Origin: Candidatus Kaiserbacteria bacterium
GTDB lineage: Bacteria; Patescibacteriota; Minisyncoccia; Phycocordibacterales; UBA918
NCBI GenBank assembly: GCA_020428815.1
Contig: JAGQMC010000048.1
Location: forward strand, 1-62,136
Length of the DNA: 62,136 bases
Direction of reading: 5' to 3'
In this document: piece after piece, positions 18,081 through 27,732 of the stretch
How the letters are laid out: each line of letters begins with the position of its first letter
How positions within the stretch are numbered: the stretch's first letter is position 1
Position numbers and translations under genes: made by a program
Notes under the pieces: model-generated
Databases searched by the model: none
Told to the model about the DNA's origin: nothing
Seen by the model: the letters and a program-made list of their open reading frames with translations, nothing else

Positions 18081-18872
18081 ATGTCAGAAAAATTTGAACA
18101 AAAAAAATCTCTTGGGCAGAACTTTTTGAATTCTGACTATATTCCCAAAAAAATGTGCGAGGCGGCCAACCTGCAAGCTGGGGAAACCGTCTTGGAAATC
18201 GGCCCAGGCACCGGCGCCCTAACAAAAGAACTGCTAGCCAGAGGAGCCAAGGTGGTAGCGATAGAGGCAGATGCCCGGGCGATTTCGACTTTGGAAGAGA
18301 CCTTCCAAAACGAAATCGCCCAACAACAACTTTCTCTCCACCACCATGACGCAAGAGAAATCTATCCAAGCGAATTCAACCTAACTCCACTACAATATAA
18401 AGTAGTAGCCAATATCCCATACTATTTATCTGGCTTGCTCTTCCGCAGCCTACTAGATACAGACTGCCAACCCAACACTTTAGTGTTTTTAGTCCAAAAA
18501 GAGGTAGGGGAGCGCATCGCTCGCGACCAAAAAGAATCCCTATTATCAATGTCAGTTAAAGTGTTTGGTACCCCCCACTACATCACTACTGTAAAAAAAG
18601 GTCATTTTAGCCCTCCACCCAAGGTTGATTCAGCCATAATAGCAGTCAACAATATCAGTCAAGATAATTTTAAGCTGGTCACTCCAAACCACTTTTTCCA
18701 CCTACTTCACTTGGGTTTTGGTCAGAAAAGAAAGCAACTAGTGGGTAATTTAAGTAGGGAATTTAACCGCTTAGACTTGGAACACCTATTTTCTGAGTTA
18801 AATATTGAACAAAAAGCCCGCGCTGAGGATTTGACGCTAAAAAATTGGTTGGATTTGGCCTCTAAGCTATAA
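18081..18872 (+). CDS. rsmA: 16S rRNA (adenine1518/1519-N6) dimethyltransferase
   Basis: KKSLGQNFL, SAM motif VLEIGPGTGALT, and VANIPYY. Confidence 0.9.
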   Translation: MSEKFEQKKSLGQNFLNSDYIPKKMCEAANLQAGETVLEIGPGTGALTKELLARGAKVVAIEADARAISTLEETFQNEIAQQQLSLHHHDAREIYPSEFNLTPLQYKVVANIPYYLSGLLFRSLLDTDCQPNTLVFLVQKEVGERIARDQKESLLSMSVKVFGTPHYITTVKKGHFSPPPKVDSAIIAVNNISQDNFKLVTPNHFFHLLHLGFGQKRKQLVGNLSREFNRLDLEHLFSELNIEQKARAEDLTLKNWLDLASKL

Positions 18873-18925
18873 ACACCATAATCCACAACTTATTCACAAC
18901 TAAGTAAACAGCTGTTGTGAACAGC

Positions 18926-18951
18926 CAGCCGCCCGCTTACGCGGGCGGCTG
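18926..18951 (+). terminator. GC-rich hairpin after rsmA
   Basis: cagccgcccgc-ttac-gcgggcggctg (11 bp). No clear U-tract. It directly abuts the TGcTATACT box of the next gene. Confidence 0.5.
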
Positions 18952-18967
18952 CTATACTTATATTTGT

Positions 18968-19879
18968 ATGGGGAACTACGTCAGCCCTAAGATTCTTGGT
19001 GCAACTATTATCGGGTTTGCGCTCGTTGCTGGTGCTTATGTAACCAGTAATTTTGGTCAACCTCACGAACCTGTAAAAACCGCGACCGCTACTCAAGTTG
19101 TTGAACCAGCACCAGAGAGAATTCAACTTGCCATCACCGACACTGACCAAAATGGCGTTGAGGATTGGCGCGATGCTTTTGTAGACAATGAAGCGGTGGT
19201 AATAAAAAGTGCCCCTCACGCTTCCTACACCCCACCAACTACTGTTACTGGCCAAACCACCATCAACTTCATGGAGGATATTATCACCGCCCGTATGCAC
19301 GCTAGTCCCATCACCCCTAGTGATGATGATATTATCGCCAGAAATGTTGCCGCTCTGGATAGAGTGGCTGAGATAAAACTCTATGACACTACCGATATCT
19401 CTATCATGGAAGAATGGAGCGAAGAAGATGTTGTTAATTACGCCAACACCGTCGCCGCCACAGTGATCAGAAACGATGTAAACGGCTTAGATAGCGAAAT
19501 GCAAATTCTTTACGACATCACTAGAAGAGGGCAGTCTGAACGTATCTCCGAACTAGAGGCGATCCGAGGTGCCTACCAAGGTTTTCGTGATGAAACCTTG
19601 CTGATTCCAGTACCCAAAGAACTAGCCAAAGCACACTTGGACCTTATCAATACCTACCAAGCACTTTATGAGGACCTTGACGCTATGATTGCCAGTATTG
19701 ATGACCCACTACTCGGTCTAGTCCACATCAAGCGTTACGACGATGATGCTTTGGGTCTGGTAATGGCCGTACACAATCTTTACGATGCCCTGTTACCTTA
19801 CGCCAGTTTGTTTACCGCTGAAGATCCCGCTTTATTATTTGCCGCCTTTACTCAGGAATTCCCCCTTAATAACCAATAG
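18968..19879 (+). CDS. hypothetical signal-anchored protein, first gene of the T4SS-like cluster
   Basis: The internal ATG lies after the terminator hairpin and gives MGNYVSPKILGATIIGFALVAGAYV (TM helix). TGcTATACT (18950-18958) lies 9 nt upstream. Confidence 0.65.
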   Translation: MGNYVSPKILGATIIGFALVAGAYVTSNFGQPHEPVKTATATQVVEPAPERIQLAITDTDQNGVEDWRDAFVDNEAVVIKSAPHASYTPPTTVTGQTTINFMEDIITARMHASPITPSDDDIIARNVAALDRVAEIKLYDTTDISIMEEWSEEDVVNYANTVAATVIRNDVNGLDSEMQILYDITRRGQSERISELEAIRGAYQGFRDETLLIPVPKELAKAHLDLINTYQALYEDLDAMIASIDDPLLGLVHIKRYDDDALGLVMAVHNLYDALLPYASLFTAEDPALLFAAFTQEFPLNNQ

Positions 19880-19882
19880 CCT

Positions 19883-20824
19883 ATGGATAGATTTTTTAAT
19901 TTACTACGAAAAAGTTTAGTAGCCACCATGGTGGTAATGCTTACCTTTGTAGTCTCTTATGTACCACACGAGCACAACAAAGTACCTGAAGCGGAAGCAC
20001 AGTGGGCAGTAATTGATGCGGCGCACATAAAAGTGAGCGCAGAAAATACCTTTGCCAATCTTGCACGATGGGCATTGGATATATACCAAGACTGGAAGGA
20101 GAGCATTGGTGATGGTTTGGCTTGGTATATGGCTAAAGCCATCATTAGCAACATGATTCGCGAGTTAACTATGTGGATTCAAAGTGGTTTTCAGGGGCGA
20201 CCGATGTTTATCGAAAACTTGGGTGATTTTATGTTGGAGACGTCCGACCGAGCTATCGGTGAATTTATTGACGGGGAGCTAGGCGATCTTGGGTCTTTTA
20301 TATGTTCACCATTCAAACTAGATATTCTGGCGGCCATTGCTAGTGACTACAGCGCCTCTCGTGACAAACCACCATCCTGTACCCTAACCGGCGTCATCGA
20401 TAATCTAGCTGGCTTTACTGAAGGTACCCAAGGTAGCTTTTCTAAGGGTGGCTGGGATGACTGGATGGATATCACCTCTAACCCAGGGCAATACACCGCC
20501 TACGGCAGCTACCTAGAGGCTGAGAGTGAGGCGGGAGTACGTATTGCCAACGCTCGCAACCAAGTGTTGTGGGAAGCAGACATGGGTAATGGTTTCTTCT
20601 CGGCCAAAGAGTGTAAGGAGGCCGAAGGAGCTGGTGGTTACACTCAAACCATTTGTAATATTGTCACTCCTGGTAAACTAATCGAGGACGCCTTATCTGA
20701 AGGTCTCGACTCAGACCGAGAATCCTTGGTGGCCGCTGATGAAATCAACGAACTAGTTGGGGCCCTTATAGACCAAGCTGCCAACCGTGTCTTCACCGGA
20801 GCCAGAGGGGTGTTAGGTATGTAG
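19883..20824 (+). CDS. hypothetical signal-anchored secreted protein (T4SS-like cluster)
   Basis: 313 aa with an N-terminal TM helix (LVATMVVMLTFVVSYV) and 4 Cys in the extracytoplasmic part. It starts 3 nt after the upstream stop. Confidence 0.7.
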   Translation: MDRFFNLLRKSLVATMVVMLTFVVSYVPHEHNKVPEAEAQWAVIDAAHIKVSAENTFANLARWALDIYQDWKESIGDGLAWYMAKAIISNMIRELTMWIQSGFQGRPMFIENLGDFMLETSDRAIGEFIDGELGDLGSFICSPFKLDILAAIASDYSASRDKPPSCTLTGVIDNLAGFTEGTQGSFSKGGWDDWMDITSNPGQYTAYGSYLEAESEAGVRIANARNQVLWEADMGNGFFSAKECKEAEGAGGYTQTICNIVTPGKLIEDALSEGLDSDRESLVAADEINELVGALIDQAANRVFTGARGVLGM

Positions 20825-20835
20825 AAAATTATTTT

Positions 20836-22953
20836 ATGAGAGCATTCTTTAGCAACAATTTAACCAGAAACAATCTGCTGCTATCAGCGTTGGTTTTAGG
20901 GTTGCTAATAGTACCAAACTTAGTTTGGGCCAGTGGTGTTAAAGGTTTTATTTGGGGGATTGTTGTCGGCTTCTTTGGCGCCTTTCTTGCCATTGGCGGC
21001 ATCATACTAAACACAGGCATCAATGACTTTGTAATTGGTTTCGGAGACTTGTTTCAAAATAAAGGTATTGGATTGGCCATCAACACCGTATGGTTGAATG
21101 TGAGAGATTTATTTAATATCACTTTTATCTTTGGTTTGGTCTATATCGGTTTTAAAATGATTCTTAACGCCGATGACTCTAATACTAAAAGGTGGTTAAT
21201 CAACTTGATTATAGCAGCACTATTAGTCAATTTTAGTTTATATTTTACAAAATTTATTGTTGATTTAAGCAATATTGCCGCTACACAAATTGCTCAAACC
21301 GGATTCCTAACTGCGGCCGATGATGAGAATTCACCATTTTCAGAACCGGGAGATGTTTTGGTGTCTGACACATACATGAACAGTTTGGGTCTAACTTCTT
21401 TTTATGGTGATGGGGGGCTAAAAGAAAATATAGGTGTTATGGATGACGGATCGTGGTTGCAGATATTTGCTGCTATGATTTTCTTTATCATTGCCACTTT
21501 TGTATTTGCGGCTGGTGGACTGTTGCTAATTATACGTTTTGTTGCCTTACTATTGTACATGACTCTATCGCCACTAATGTTTATCGGTTGGGTCTTCCCT
21601 CAGCTACAGCGCTATACTTCTATGTATTGGAGTGGCTTTTTAAGTCGCGCCTTTATGGCTCCTTTGTATATATTTTTCTTATATATAGGAAGTAAGATTC
21701 TTTATTCCTACACCAGAACCGTTTCTGAACCAAATCTAGCTGGTGCATTGAATAATAAAGTGGAGTATGATTTGGCGACCAGCTTAATGCCGTTTGTAAT
21801 AGGTTGTATTGTACTTATGGCAGCCATAACAATTTCTCAAAGAATGAGTGATCAAGCCGCTTCTGGCTCTATGAGAATTGGTCAAGCAGTTACCAACCGT
21901 ACCCGTCGAGTAGTTATTGGGGCACACAAGAGAGGAGCGGCCCCCCTTTCTGTTGTAGCCAGGGGTGGTTCTAATCGTGTTGGAAACTTCACTAACCGTA
22001 AGCTTGACCAATGGCAAAAGGATTCCGGTTGGCGAGGTAAGATAGGTAGAAACGTTTTAGTGTCAGACACTGTGGGTGGCGCAGCCACAAAACTCAAGAG
22101 TAATAAATTTGGACTACAAGATACCGCTGACCAAGTGAAAAGCAAGAAAGATGCACTTAATAGGAAGTATCAATCTTACCAAGATATTAAAGCGGCTCAG
22201 GCTGCCTCCGCAAATCCAGGCGCACCAAACCATGCTGCAATTATTGCTAAGGGGGTAGAAGAGGCAAACAAGATGTCACCAAAAGAGTTAGCAGCTATGC
22301 AAAGGAACGACAAACAAACCTTTGAGTACATTGTGGGGCAAATCAACGCAAGTAAGTATGACAACTTGATGGAAAGCGATGATTTTGATCCGACCCAAAA
22401 AGCTGATATGTTGGCTCAGAGGCAAAAAGCAATCAATTCAACCATTAGACAAAACGGGGTGCTTATTACTGAAAATCTCCAAAAGATGTCAATTAAGCAA
22501 ATTGAGACAATGGGAGACGCTTTTGTTAGAAGCAACGCACATCTCTTTACTGATTCACAGATGGACGACCTTAAAAAGAGTAAGATATTTACAGATAACC
22601 AGACGGGAGACTATAACACCTTACGAAGAAACAAACTTGCCAGTGATGCTTGGGGTGCCAACCAACAACAAATATTTAACAACAACTCTACGAATACCCC
22701 TGGTGTATTTGACAATAAAAAGAAACCGTCAGAAATTGCAAAATTACCATTTAGAGCTTTCTTTGACGCAAATAACAACCCTAATCCATACGCAATTTCA
22801 CAAATTGATGGCAGTGTGTTAGAAGAAATCTTTAACAAGAAAACTATGTCTGTTTCGGAACGACAGCAGTTGAAAACTGAGGTTATGAGATCGGGCACTC
22901 CTGATGCACAGAATTATTTAAACTCTCAACAAGGTAGAAGAAACTGGTCGTAA
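20836..22953 (+). CDS. polytopic membrane protein, VirB6/TrbL-like, with a long soluble C-terminal tail
   Basis: At least 7 predicted TM helices in the first ~330 aa, then ~370 aa of hydrophilic sequence. The position and topology match T4SS VirB6-type channel subunits. Confidence 0.55.
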   Translation: MRAFFSNNLTRNNLLLSALVLGLLIVPNLVWASGVKGFIWGIVVGFFGAFLAIGGIILNTGINDFVIGFGDLFQNKGIGLAINTVWLNVRDLFNITFIFGLVYIGFKMILNADDSNTKRWLINLIIAALLVNFSLYFTKFIVDLSNIAATQIAQTGFLTAADDENSPFSEPGDVLVSDTYMNSLGLTSFYGDGGLKENIGVMDDGSWLQIFAAMIFFIIATFVFAAGGLLLIIRFVALLLYMTLSPLMFIGWVFPQLQRYTSMYWSGFLSRAFMAPLYIFFLYIGSKILYSYTRTVSEPNLAGALNNKVEYDLATSLMPFVIGCIVLMAAITISQRMSDQAASGSMRIGQAVTNRTRRVVIGAHKRGAAPLSVVARGGSNRVGNFTNRKLDQWQKDSGWRGKIGRNVLVSDTVGGAATKLKSNKFGLQDTADQVKSKKDALNRKYQSYQDIKAAQAASANPGAPNHAAIIAKGVEEANKMSPKELAAMQRNDKQTFEYIVGQINASKYDNLMESDDFDPTQKADMLAQRQKAINSTIRQNGVLITENLQKMSIKQIETMGDAFVRSNAHLFTDSQMDDLKKSKIFTDNQTGDYNTLRRNKLASDAWGANQQQIFNNNSTNTPGVFDNKKKPSEIAKLPFRAFFDANNNPNPYAISQIDGSVLEEIFNKKTMSVSERQQLKTEVMRSGTPDAQNYLNSQQGRRNWS

Positions 22954-23018
22954 TAAAAATGGGGATAGGGAGCGTTGGCTCCCTTTTTCTTTTGCTTAGA
23001 CATGTATAATGTTGTTAC

Positions 23019-23435
23019 ATGCGATTTGAAGTTCCTCAGTTTATTGAAATCGAAGACAAAATTTTTGGTCCTTTTACCTGGCGGCAGTTTTTGTACCTCG
23101 GTGGTGGAGTTGGTTGGGCAGTAATCAGTCTAATCTATTTTCCGTTTATAATCTTTGTCTTGACCGGACTGCCAGCAGCTTTGCTAGCCGGCGCGCTATC
23201 TTTTTACCCCATCAACAATCGCCCGTTTTCATACTTTATTGAAGCAATTTTTAATTATCTGACTAGCCAAAGGTTATACTTATGGAGAAGGGGAGCTGAT
23301 GTGGTGTACAAAGGGGGAGAAAGATCAGACACCATTCCTACCACCCCCGTCCAACCCGTCGTAAAACACAAACAAACTGACCTAACCTCCTTAGCTAGAA
23401 AGTTAGAATTACAAGCTATTCAAAAATCTGAATAA
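23019..23435 (+). CDS. PrgI-family (VirB3-like) small membrane protein
   Basis: MRFEVPQFIEIEDKIFGPFTWRQFLYLGGG followed by two TM helices, the characteristic PrgI N-terminus. It sits directly upstream of the VirB4-type ATPase region. Confidence 0.7.
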   Translation: MRFEVPQFIEIEDKIFGPFTWRQFLYLGGGVGWAVISLIYFPFIIFVLTGLPAALLAGALSFYPINNRPFSYFIEAIFNYLTSQRLYLWRRGADVVYKGGERSDTIPTTPVQPVVKHKQTDLTSLARKLELQAIQKSE

Positions 23436-23436
23436 T

Positions 23437-24078
23437 ATGCCTCAAGCCAAAGCCGCCACCCAAGATTTTGTCTCCGTTAGAGATATAAAAGAAAATGTTG
23501 TCATCCAAAAAGACGGCCAGATGTTGATGGTGCTGTTGGCGTCCTCGATTAACTTTGCTCTTAAGTCACTGGATGAACAACGAGCTGTCTTAGCCCAATT
23601 CCAAACCTTTCTCAACACCTTAGATTTCACCCTACAAATCTACGTTCAATCTCGTCGTTTAAATATCGCCCCTTACTTGGAGGTTCTACACGGCCTAGAG
23701 AACAAACAAGACAACGACCTGATGCAAACTCAGCTTCGTGAATATATTGAGTTTATTCGCGGCTTTACTGATAAGGTCGACGTAATGAGCAAGAGTTTCT
23801 TTGTGGTGGTACCTTATAGTCCAACCAAAATAAATATTTCCAAAGGCATCACCAATCTCTTCACTCCTGGTCAAAAAACTGCCGCCCTGCCAGACGATAT
23901 GAGGTTTGAGGAACACCGGATTCAACTAGAGCAAAGAGTAGGGGTAGTGACAGATGGTTTGGCCCGGGTGGGAGTCCGAACCATCACTCTTGATACCGAT
24001 GATTTGGTCGAATTCTACTACCACATCTACAACCCAGGGGACAGCACTGGGTCCGCCCCAATAATTGATAAAGTATAG
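23437..24078 (+). CDS. hypothetical protein resembling a stand-alone VirB4/TraC N-terminal domain
   Basis: QDFVSVRDIKENVVIQKDGQMLMVLLASSINFALKSLDEQRAVLAQFQTFLNTLDFTLQIYVQS follows the N-domain pattern of Gram-positive VirB4 proteins. There is no P-loop. Gaps to both neighbours are 1-2 nt. Confidence 0.5.
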   Translation: MPQAKAATQDFVSVRDIKENVVIQKDGQMLMVLLASSINFALKSLDEQRAVLAQFQTFLNTLDFTLQIYVQSRRLNIAPYLEVLHGLENKQDNDLMQTQLREYIEFIRGFTDKVDVMSKSFFVVVPYSPTKINISKGITNLFTPGQKTAALPDDMRFEEHRIQLEQRVGVVTDGLARVGVRTITLDTDDLVEFYYHIYNPGDSTGSAPIIDKV

Positions 24079-24080
24079 CT

Positions 24081-25880
24081 ATGGGAATTTTTGATTTTGC
24101 CAAACCAAATAATGCCAATCAGCGCATTGACAGCGTTAAGGATAATTTAATGACTTTAACTGATGTGATTGCGCCATCAGCAGTTAGTGTCACCCCTAAG
24201 AATATTAATATTAGCGGAGTCACCACCCGTGTCTACTACGCCGTGTCCTATCCCCGCTTTTTAAATGATGGTTGGATGGAACCAGTCTTAAACCTCACCA
24301 AAGAATTAGACATCTCAATATTTATTCATCCCATCGACACCGCTGACACCTTAAAGAAATTTCAAAAGAAAGTGGCTGAGGTACAAAGTCAGATTAGTCT
24401 TAAAGAAGAAAGAGGGGAAGTGCGTGACCCAGAACTAGAAGCTGCCTACCGCAACCTAGAAGAGCTGCGCGACAAGCTTCAACAAGCCGAAGAAAAGCTC
24501 TTTAATGTTGGTTTTTATTTGGCGGTGTATGGTCAGGATGAAGCAGTGGTCAATCAAGCGGAAAATGATATCCGAGGTATTTTGGATTCTCGCATGATTG
24601 CGCTTAAACCAGCTCTATTCCAACAAGAACAGGGCTTTAAGAGCATCGCCCCTCTCTCACACGATGAACTTTTGGTCCATAGCAAGTTTAACTCAGCTCC
24701 TTTATCTAGCTTTTTTCCTTTTACCTCATTCGATTTGACTTCTGACCAAGGGATTCTCTATGGCATCAACCGACACAACTCATCATTAGTCTTATTTGAC
24801 CGCTACAGTCTCACCAACTACAACTCGGTGACTTTTGCCACTTCAGGAGCCGGTAAATCTTATACTCTTAAATTAGAGATTCTCCGTTCTCTGATGTTTG
24901 GTACTGAAGTAATCGTAATTGACCCCGAGCGGGAATATGAATACTTAGCAGAAGCTACTGGTGGTCGCTTCTTTAATATTTCCCTCTCGTCTGACCACCA
25001 CGTCAATCCGTTTGACCTGCCACCACCAGCCGAGGATGAGGACCCGCGCGATGTGTTGCGTACTCATATTATTGAACTAGTTGGCTTGTTCCGATTAATG
25101 TTGGGTGGGCTGTCACCCGAAGAAGAGACTTTGGTTGATTTGGCGATTCAAGAAACCTACGCTCTTAAAGACATCACCGGTGATGTGAACTTTGCTGACA
25201 TGGAGCCACCGCTTTTGACCGACTTCGAGATGGTATTAGCTGGCATGGAAGGCAGCACCTCGCTTATTTCTAGGCTTCAAAAGTACACTTCAGGAACTTG
25301 GTCTGGCTTCATGAACCAACCAACCAACGTCGACATCAACCAAAAGTTTATGGTGTTCTCTCTGCGAGATATGGAGGATGAACTGAAGACGATTGCCATG
25401 TACATTATTACCAACTTCATTTGGGGCTCAATTCGTCGACGTCTAGCTAAGCGTCTGATGGTAATTGATGAGGCTTGGTGGATGATGAAATCAGAAGATA
25501 CAGCCTCTTTTCTCTTCAGCTTAGCCAAGCGCGGTCGTAAGTACTATCTCGGTATTGCGACTATCACCCAAGATGTAGATGATTTTCTTCGTTCTCCTTA
25601 TGGAGTACCGATGATTACCAACTCTTCGATTCAATTTTTGATGAAACAATCACCGACCGCCATTGATAACATCCAACAAACCTTCAATTTAACTGACGAA
25701 GAAAAATTATTATTGCTAGAATCCAATGTAGGGGAGGGGATATTCTTTGCTGGCCTCAAGCACGTTGCTATTAAAGTTATCGCTTCTTACACCGAAGATC
25801 AGATCATCACCTCTGATCCATCACAACTGCTACAAATCAAAGCGGCGCGGGCAGAACTTAGAGCAGCAAGAGAAGGATAG
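24081..25880 (+). CDS. virB4: VirB4/TraC/ConE-type T4SS ATPase
   Basis: Walker A FATSGAGKSYTLK, Walker B RLMVIDEAWWMM, and YYLGIATITQDVDDF. Its N-domain (VIAPSAVSVTPKNINISGVTTRVYYAVSYPRFLNDGW) is typical of VirB4. Confidence 0.9.
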   Translation: MGIFDFAKPNNANQRIDSVKDNLMTLTDVIAPSAVSVTPKNINISGVTTRVYYAVSYPRFLNDGWMEPVLNLTKELDISIFIHPIDTADTLKKFQKKVAEVQSQISLKEERGEVRDPELEAAYRNLEELRDKLQQAEEKLFNVGFYLAVYGQDEAVVNQAENDIRGILDSRMIALKPALFQQEQGFKSIAPLSHDELLVHSKFNSAPLSSFFPFTSFDLTSDQGILYGINRHNSSLVLFDRYSLTNYNSVTFATSGAGKSYTLKLEILRSLMFGTEVIVIDPEREYEYLAEATGGRFFNISLSSDHHVNPFDLPPPAEDEDPRDVLRTHIIELVGLFRLMLGGLSPEEETLVDLAIQETYALKDITGDVNFADMEPPLLTDFEMVLAGMEGSTSLISRLQKYTSGTWSGFMNQPTNVDINQKFMVFSLRDMEDELKTIAMYIITNFIWGSIRRRLAKRLMVIDEAWWMMKSEDTASFLFSLAKRGRKYYLGIATITQDVDDFLRSPYGVPMITNSSIQFLMKQSPTAIDNIQQTFNLTDEEKLLLLESNVGEGIFFAGLKHVAIKVIASYTEDQIITSDPSQLLQIKAARAELRAAREG

Positions 25881-25942
25881 TGAGACTCAGGCGTAGCACC
25901 TCGGCTACACCACCAATCTATTCTGATATAAAAAAACCTGGG

Positions 25943-25991
25943 GTATACCCCGCCCTAACTTTTTTCAAAAGTTAGGGCGGGGTATACTTTT
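25943..25991 (+). terminator. strong intrinsic terminator after virB4
   Basis: 21-bp perfect stem gtataccccgccctaactttt (25943-25963) / aaaagttagggcggggtatac (25967-25987), followed by tttt. Confidence 0.8.
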
Positions 25992-25995
25992 CTAT

Positions 25996-27045
25996 ATGCC
26001 CGCACCACAGCCGCTCAACGAGCAGTTTAACCAAAACGCTAGTTTACAACCCAACTACAAACAGGTGGGGGTGCGAAATGTATCAGTTGAAAAAAACCGT
26101 GGTGGGGCCAGTAACAACCCCAAGACCACTAGCCAAGTGGAAACTAAGCGACGGTTTGCTGCTAATGACCCAAGGTATGACAATCATACTAGGAATGTAA
26201 ATGTGGAAGGGAGACAAGGTCGGCCGACGACGGATGCAAAGTTTAGACAAAGCTACGCAGAAAAAGGCCTCCAACCACAAGGGATAAATCAGAAAAAGAA
26301 AAGTGGTGTCATACATCATTCTGAGAAAAAAATCGACAACCACACATTCAGCAATAATGTTCACCAACTGTACAAAACTCTTGAGGATTTAAAACAGGGT
26401 GATATTGATTCTGCCCTCGATGAGGCTTTGGATGCACTTGATGCTGATGATGAGGCAATGGAAAGAGAGGCTAAAAAAAGAGGTGCTCTTGTAAAAACAT
26501 TAAAAGCTTATTTGCTATACCGCGCTTATAAAAGAGTCACCGCACTTAATATTAAAATATTTTCTGTCGGACTTTATTTGTGGTCACTAGTCCAAATACC
26601 AATGGCCCTTTTTAGCTTGGTTGCTTTTGGGCTTACCGCTGCTGTTTACCAATTGGATGAATTATTGCAGCCCCAGACAAAGGACGGTATGTTAGTTACC
26701 GCTACAAAAAGTGTTGCCGGTTTTTTTGTTGAAAAAGCAGTAACTGTAGGTAGTTACATAAACGACGTTGTGGAGGGTATGTTCAACATAGATATATCCA
26801 TATTTCTACCTGATAATATGTTTATGATTACCTGGATTTTTATTATTGGCTTTTTTGGGATATTTCAATTATTCTTAATGTGGCTATTATATAAATTAGT
26901 ACTATTAAAGCCACTAGATGGAAAATCTTCTGGTTTAAAATACAGCACTCTTCTATTAGCTATGGTTGGTTATAGCATCCCTCTACTCAACCTATTTCCA
27001 TGGTTTACTGTTTGGGCAGCGGCTGTGTGGGTGAGGCCAAAATAA
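25996..27045 (+). CDS. hypothetical membrane protein (basic, disordered N-terminal half and 4-5 C-terminal TM helices)
   Basis: 349 aa. Residues 1-165 are N/Q/K/R-rich, followed by hydrophobic helices (IFSVGLYLWSLVQIPMALFSLVAFGL; FMITWIFIIGFFGIFQLFLMWLLY; LLLAMVGYSIPLL). Confidence 0.6.
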   Translation: MPAPQPLNEQFNQNASLQPNYKQVGVRNVSVEKNRGGASNNPKTTSQVETKRRFAANDPRYDNHTRNVNVEGRQGRPTTDAKFRQSYAEKGLQPQGINQKKKSGVIHHSEKKIDNHTFSNNVHQLYKTLEDLKQGDIDSALDEALDALDADDEAMEREAKKRGALVKTLKAYLLYRAYKRVTALNIKIFSVGLYLWSLVQIPMALFSLVAFGLTAAVYQLDELLQPQTKDGMLVTATKSVAGFFVEKAVTVGSYINDVVEGMFNIDISIFLPDNMFMITWIFIIGFFGIFQLFLMWLLYKLVLLKPLDGKSSGLKYSTLLLAMVGYSIPLLNLFPWFTVWAAAVWVRPK

Positions 27046-27049
27046 AAAA

Positions 27050-27073
27050 CACCGAACATTCCATTGTTCGGCG
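27050..27073 (-). terminator. terminator of the minus-strand small gene
   Basis: ccgaaca (27052-27058) / tgttcgg (27065-27071). On the minus strand it is followed by ttttttatt (plus 27041-27049). Confidence 0.55.
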
Positions 27074-27094
27074 CCAATAATCAGAAGTTCAGCA

Positions 27095-27454
27095 CTAATT
27101 CCCAGTGCTGGCTATGTCAGGCCTTTGATAAATGTGACATAAATATGTCATCCCGACTTGGACCCTTCTATCTTTTGGGCCAACAAGGTTGTTCATGCGC
27201 CTGAAATTCTCTTCAGTTCCGCCGCAATGTCGGACAAACTCAGAAATAAGCTCTGGGCTCTCTGCCCTTAAAAAGCGAGCGTTGTAGTGAACATTTCTAC
27301 AGTTTGTACAGGCGTATTCAAGTGAATCCATATCTACTTTCTCCACCTGTATTTTGAAGCCAAAATCGTAGCTGATTGCTGGGGTACTTTCCAACGCCAG
27401 CATGAAGGCTGTGATGAGTGCGGCCAACATCGCCGCGAGTTTTTTGCTAGCCAT
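27095..27454 (-). CDS. hypothetical small secreted 4-Cys protein, opposite strand inside the cluster
   Basis: The internal Met gives a signal-peptide-like MASKKLAAMLAALITAFMLALES. The mature part has CTNC...HC...C. The C-terminal NFRRMNNLVGPKDRRVQVGMTYL is weakly LysM-like. Confidence 0.5.
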   Translation of the reverse strand: MASKKLAAMLAALITAFMLALESTPAISYDFGFKIQVEKVDMDSLEYACTNCRNVHYNARFLRAESPELISEFVRHCGGTEENFRRMNNLVGPKDRRVQVGMTYLCHIYQRPDIASTGN

Positions 27455-27732
27455 ATCGGCCTCCTCGCGCAAAGCGCTTACAATATTTGAAATGTATTGA
27501 CGAATGTACGTCAGAACTTTTGGCACATACCGCGTGTACCACTACTTTTTTTATACCATAACAGGAGAGCTATGCAAGGATATGGGTTACTTGTAAATGG
27601 TCAAAAATGGACAAGGAACGATCTTCTCCTACGCTACACTTCGGCTGGAGTCGCACTCCTTCTCAGTTTCTAGTGTGGTCATTTTTGCCCACAAACTCTT
27701 TACAGCCTCATTTTCAACTCTTTCCATCTGTT

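Noticed and set aside
17482-18369. 295-aa minus-strand ORF in the track, overlapping rsmA by ~290 nt
   Set aside because: Only the C-terminal 179 codons look like a protein (a P-loop right after a GTG at 18021 with its own -10 box). The N-terminal extension is Arg/Leu/Pro-rich and antisense to a well-supported rsmA. I trimmed it to 17482-18021.
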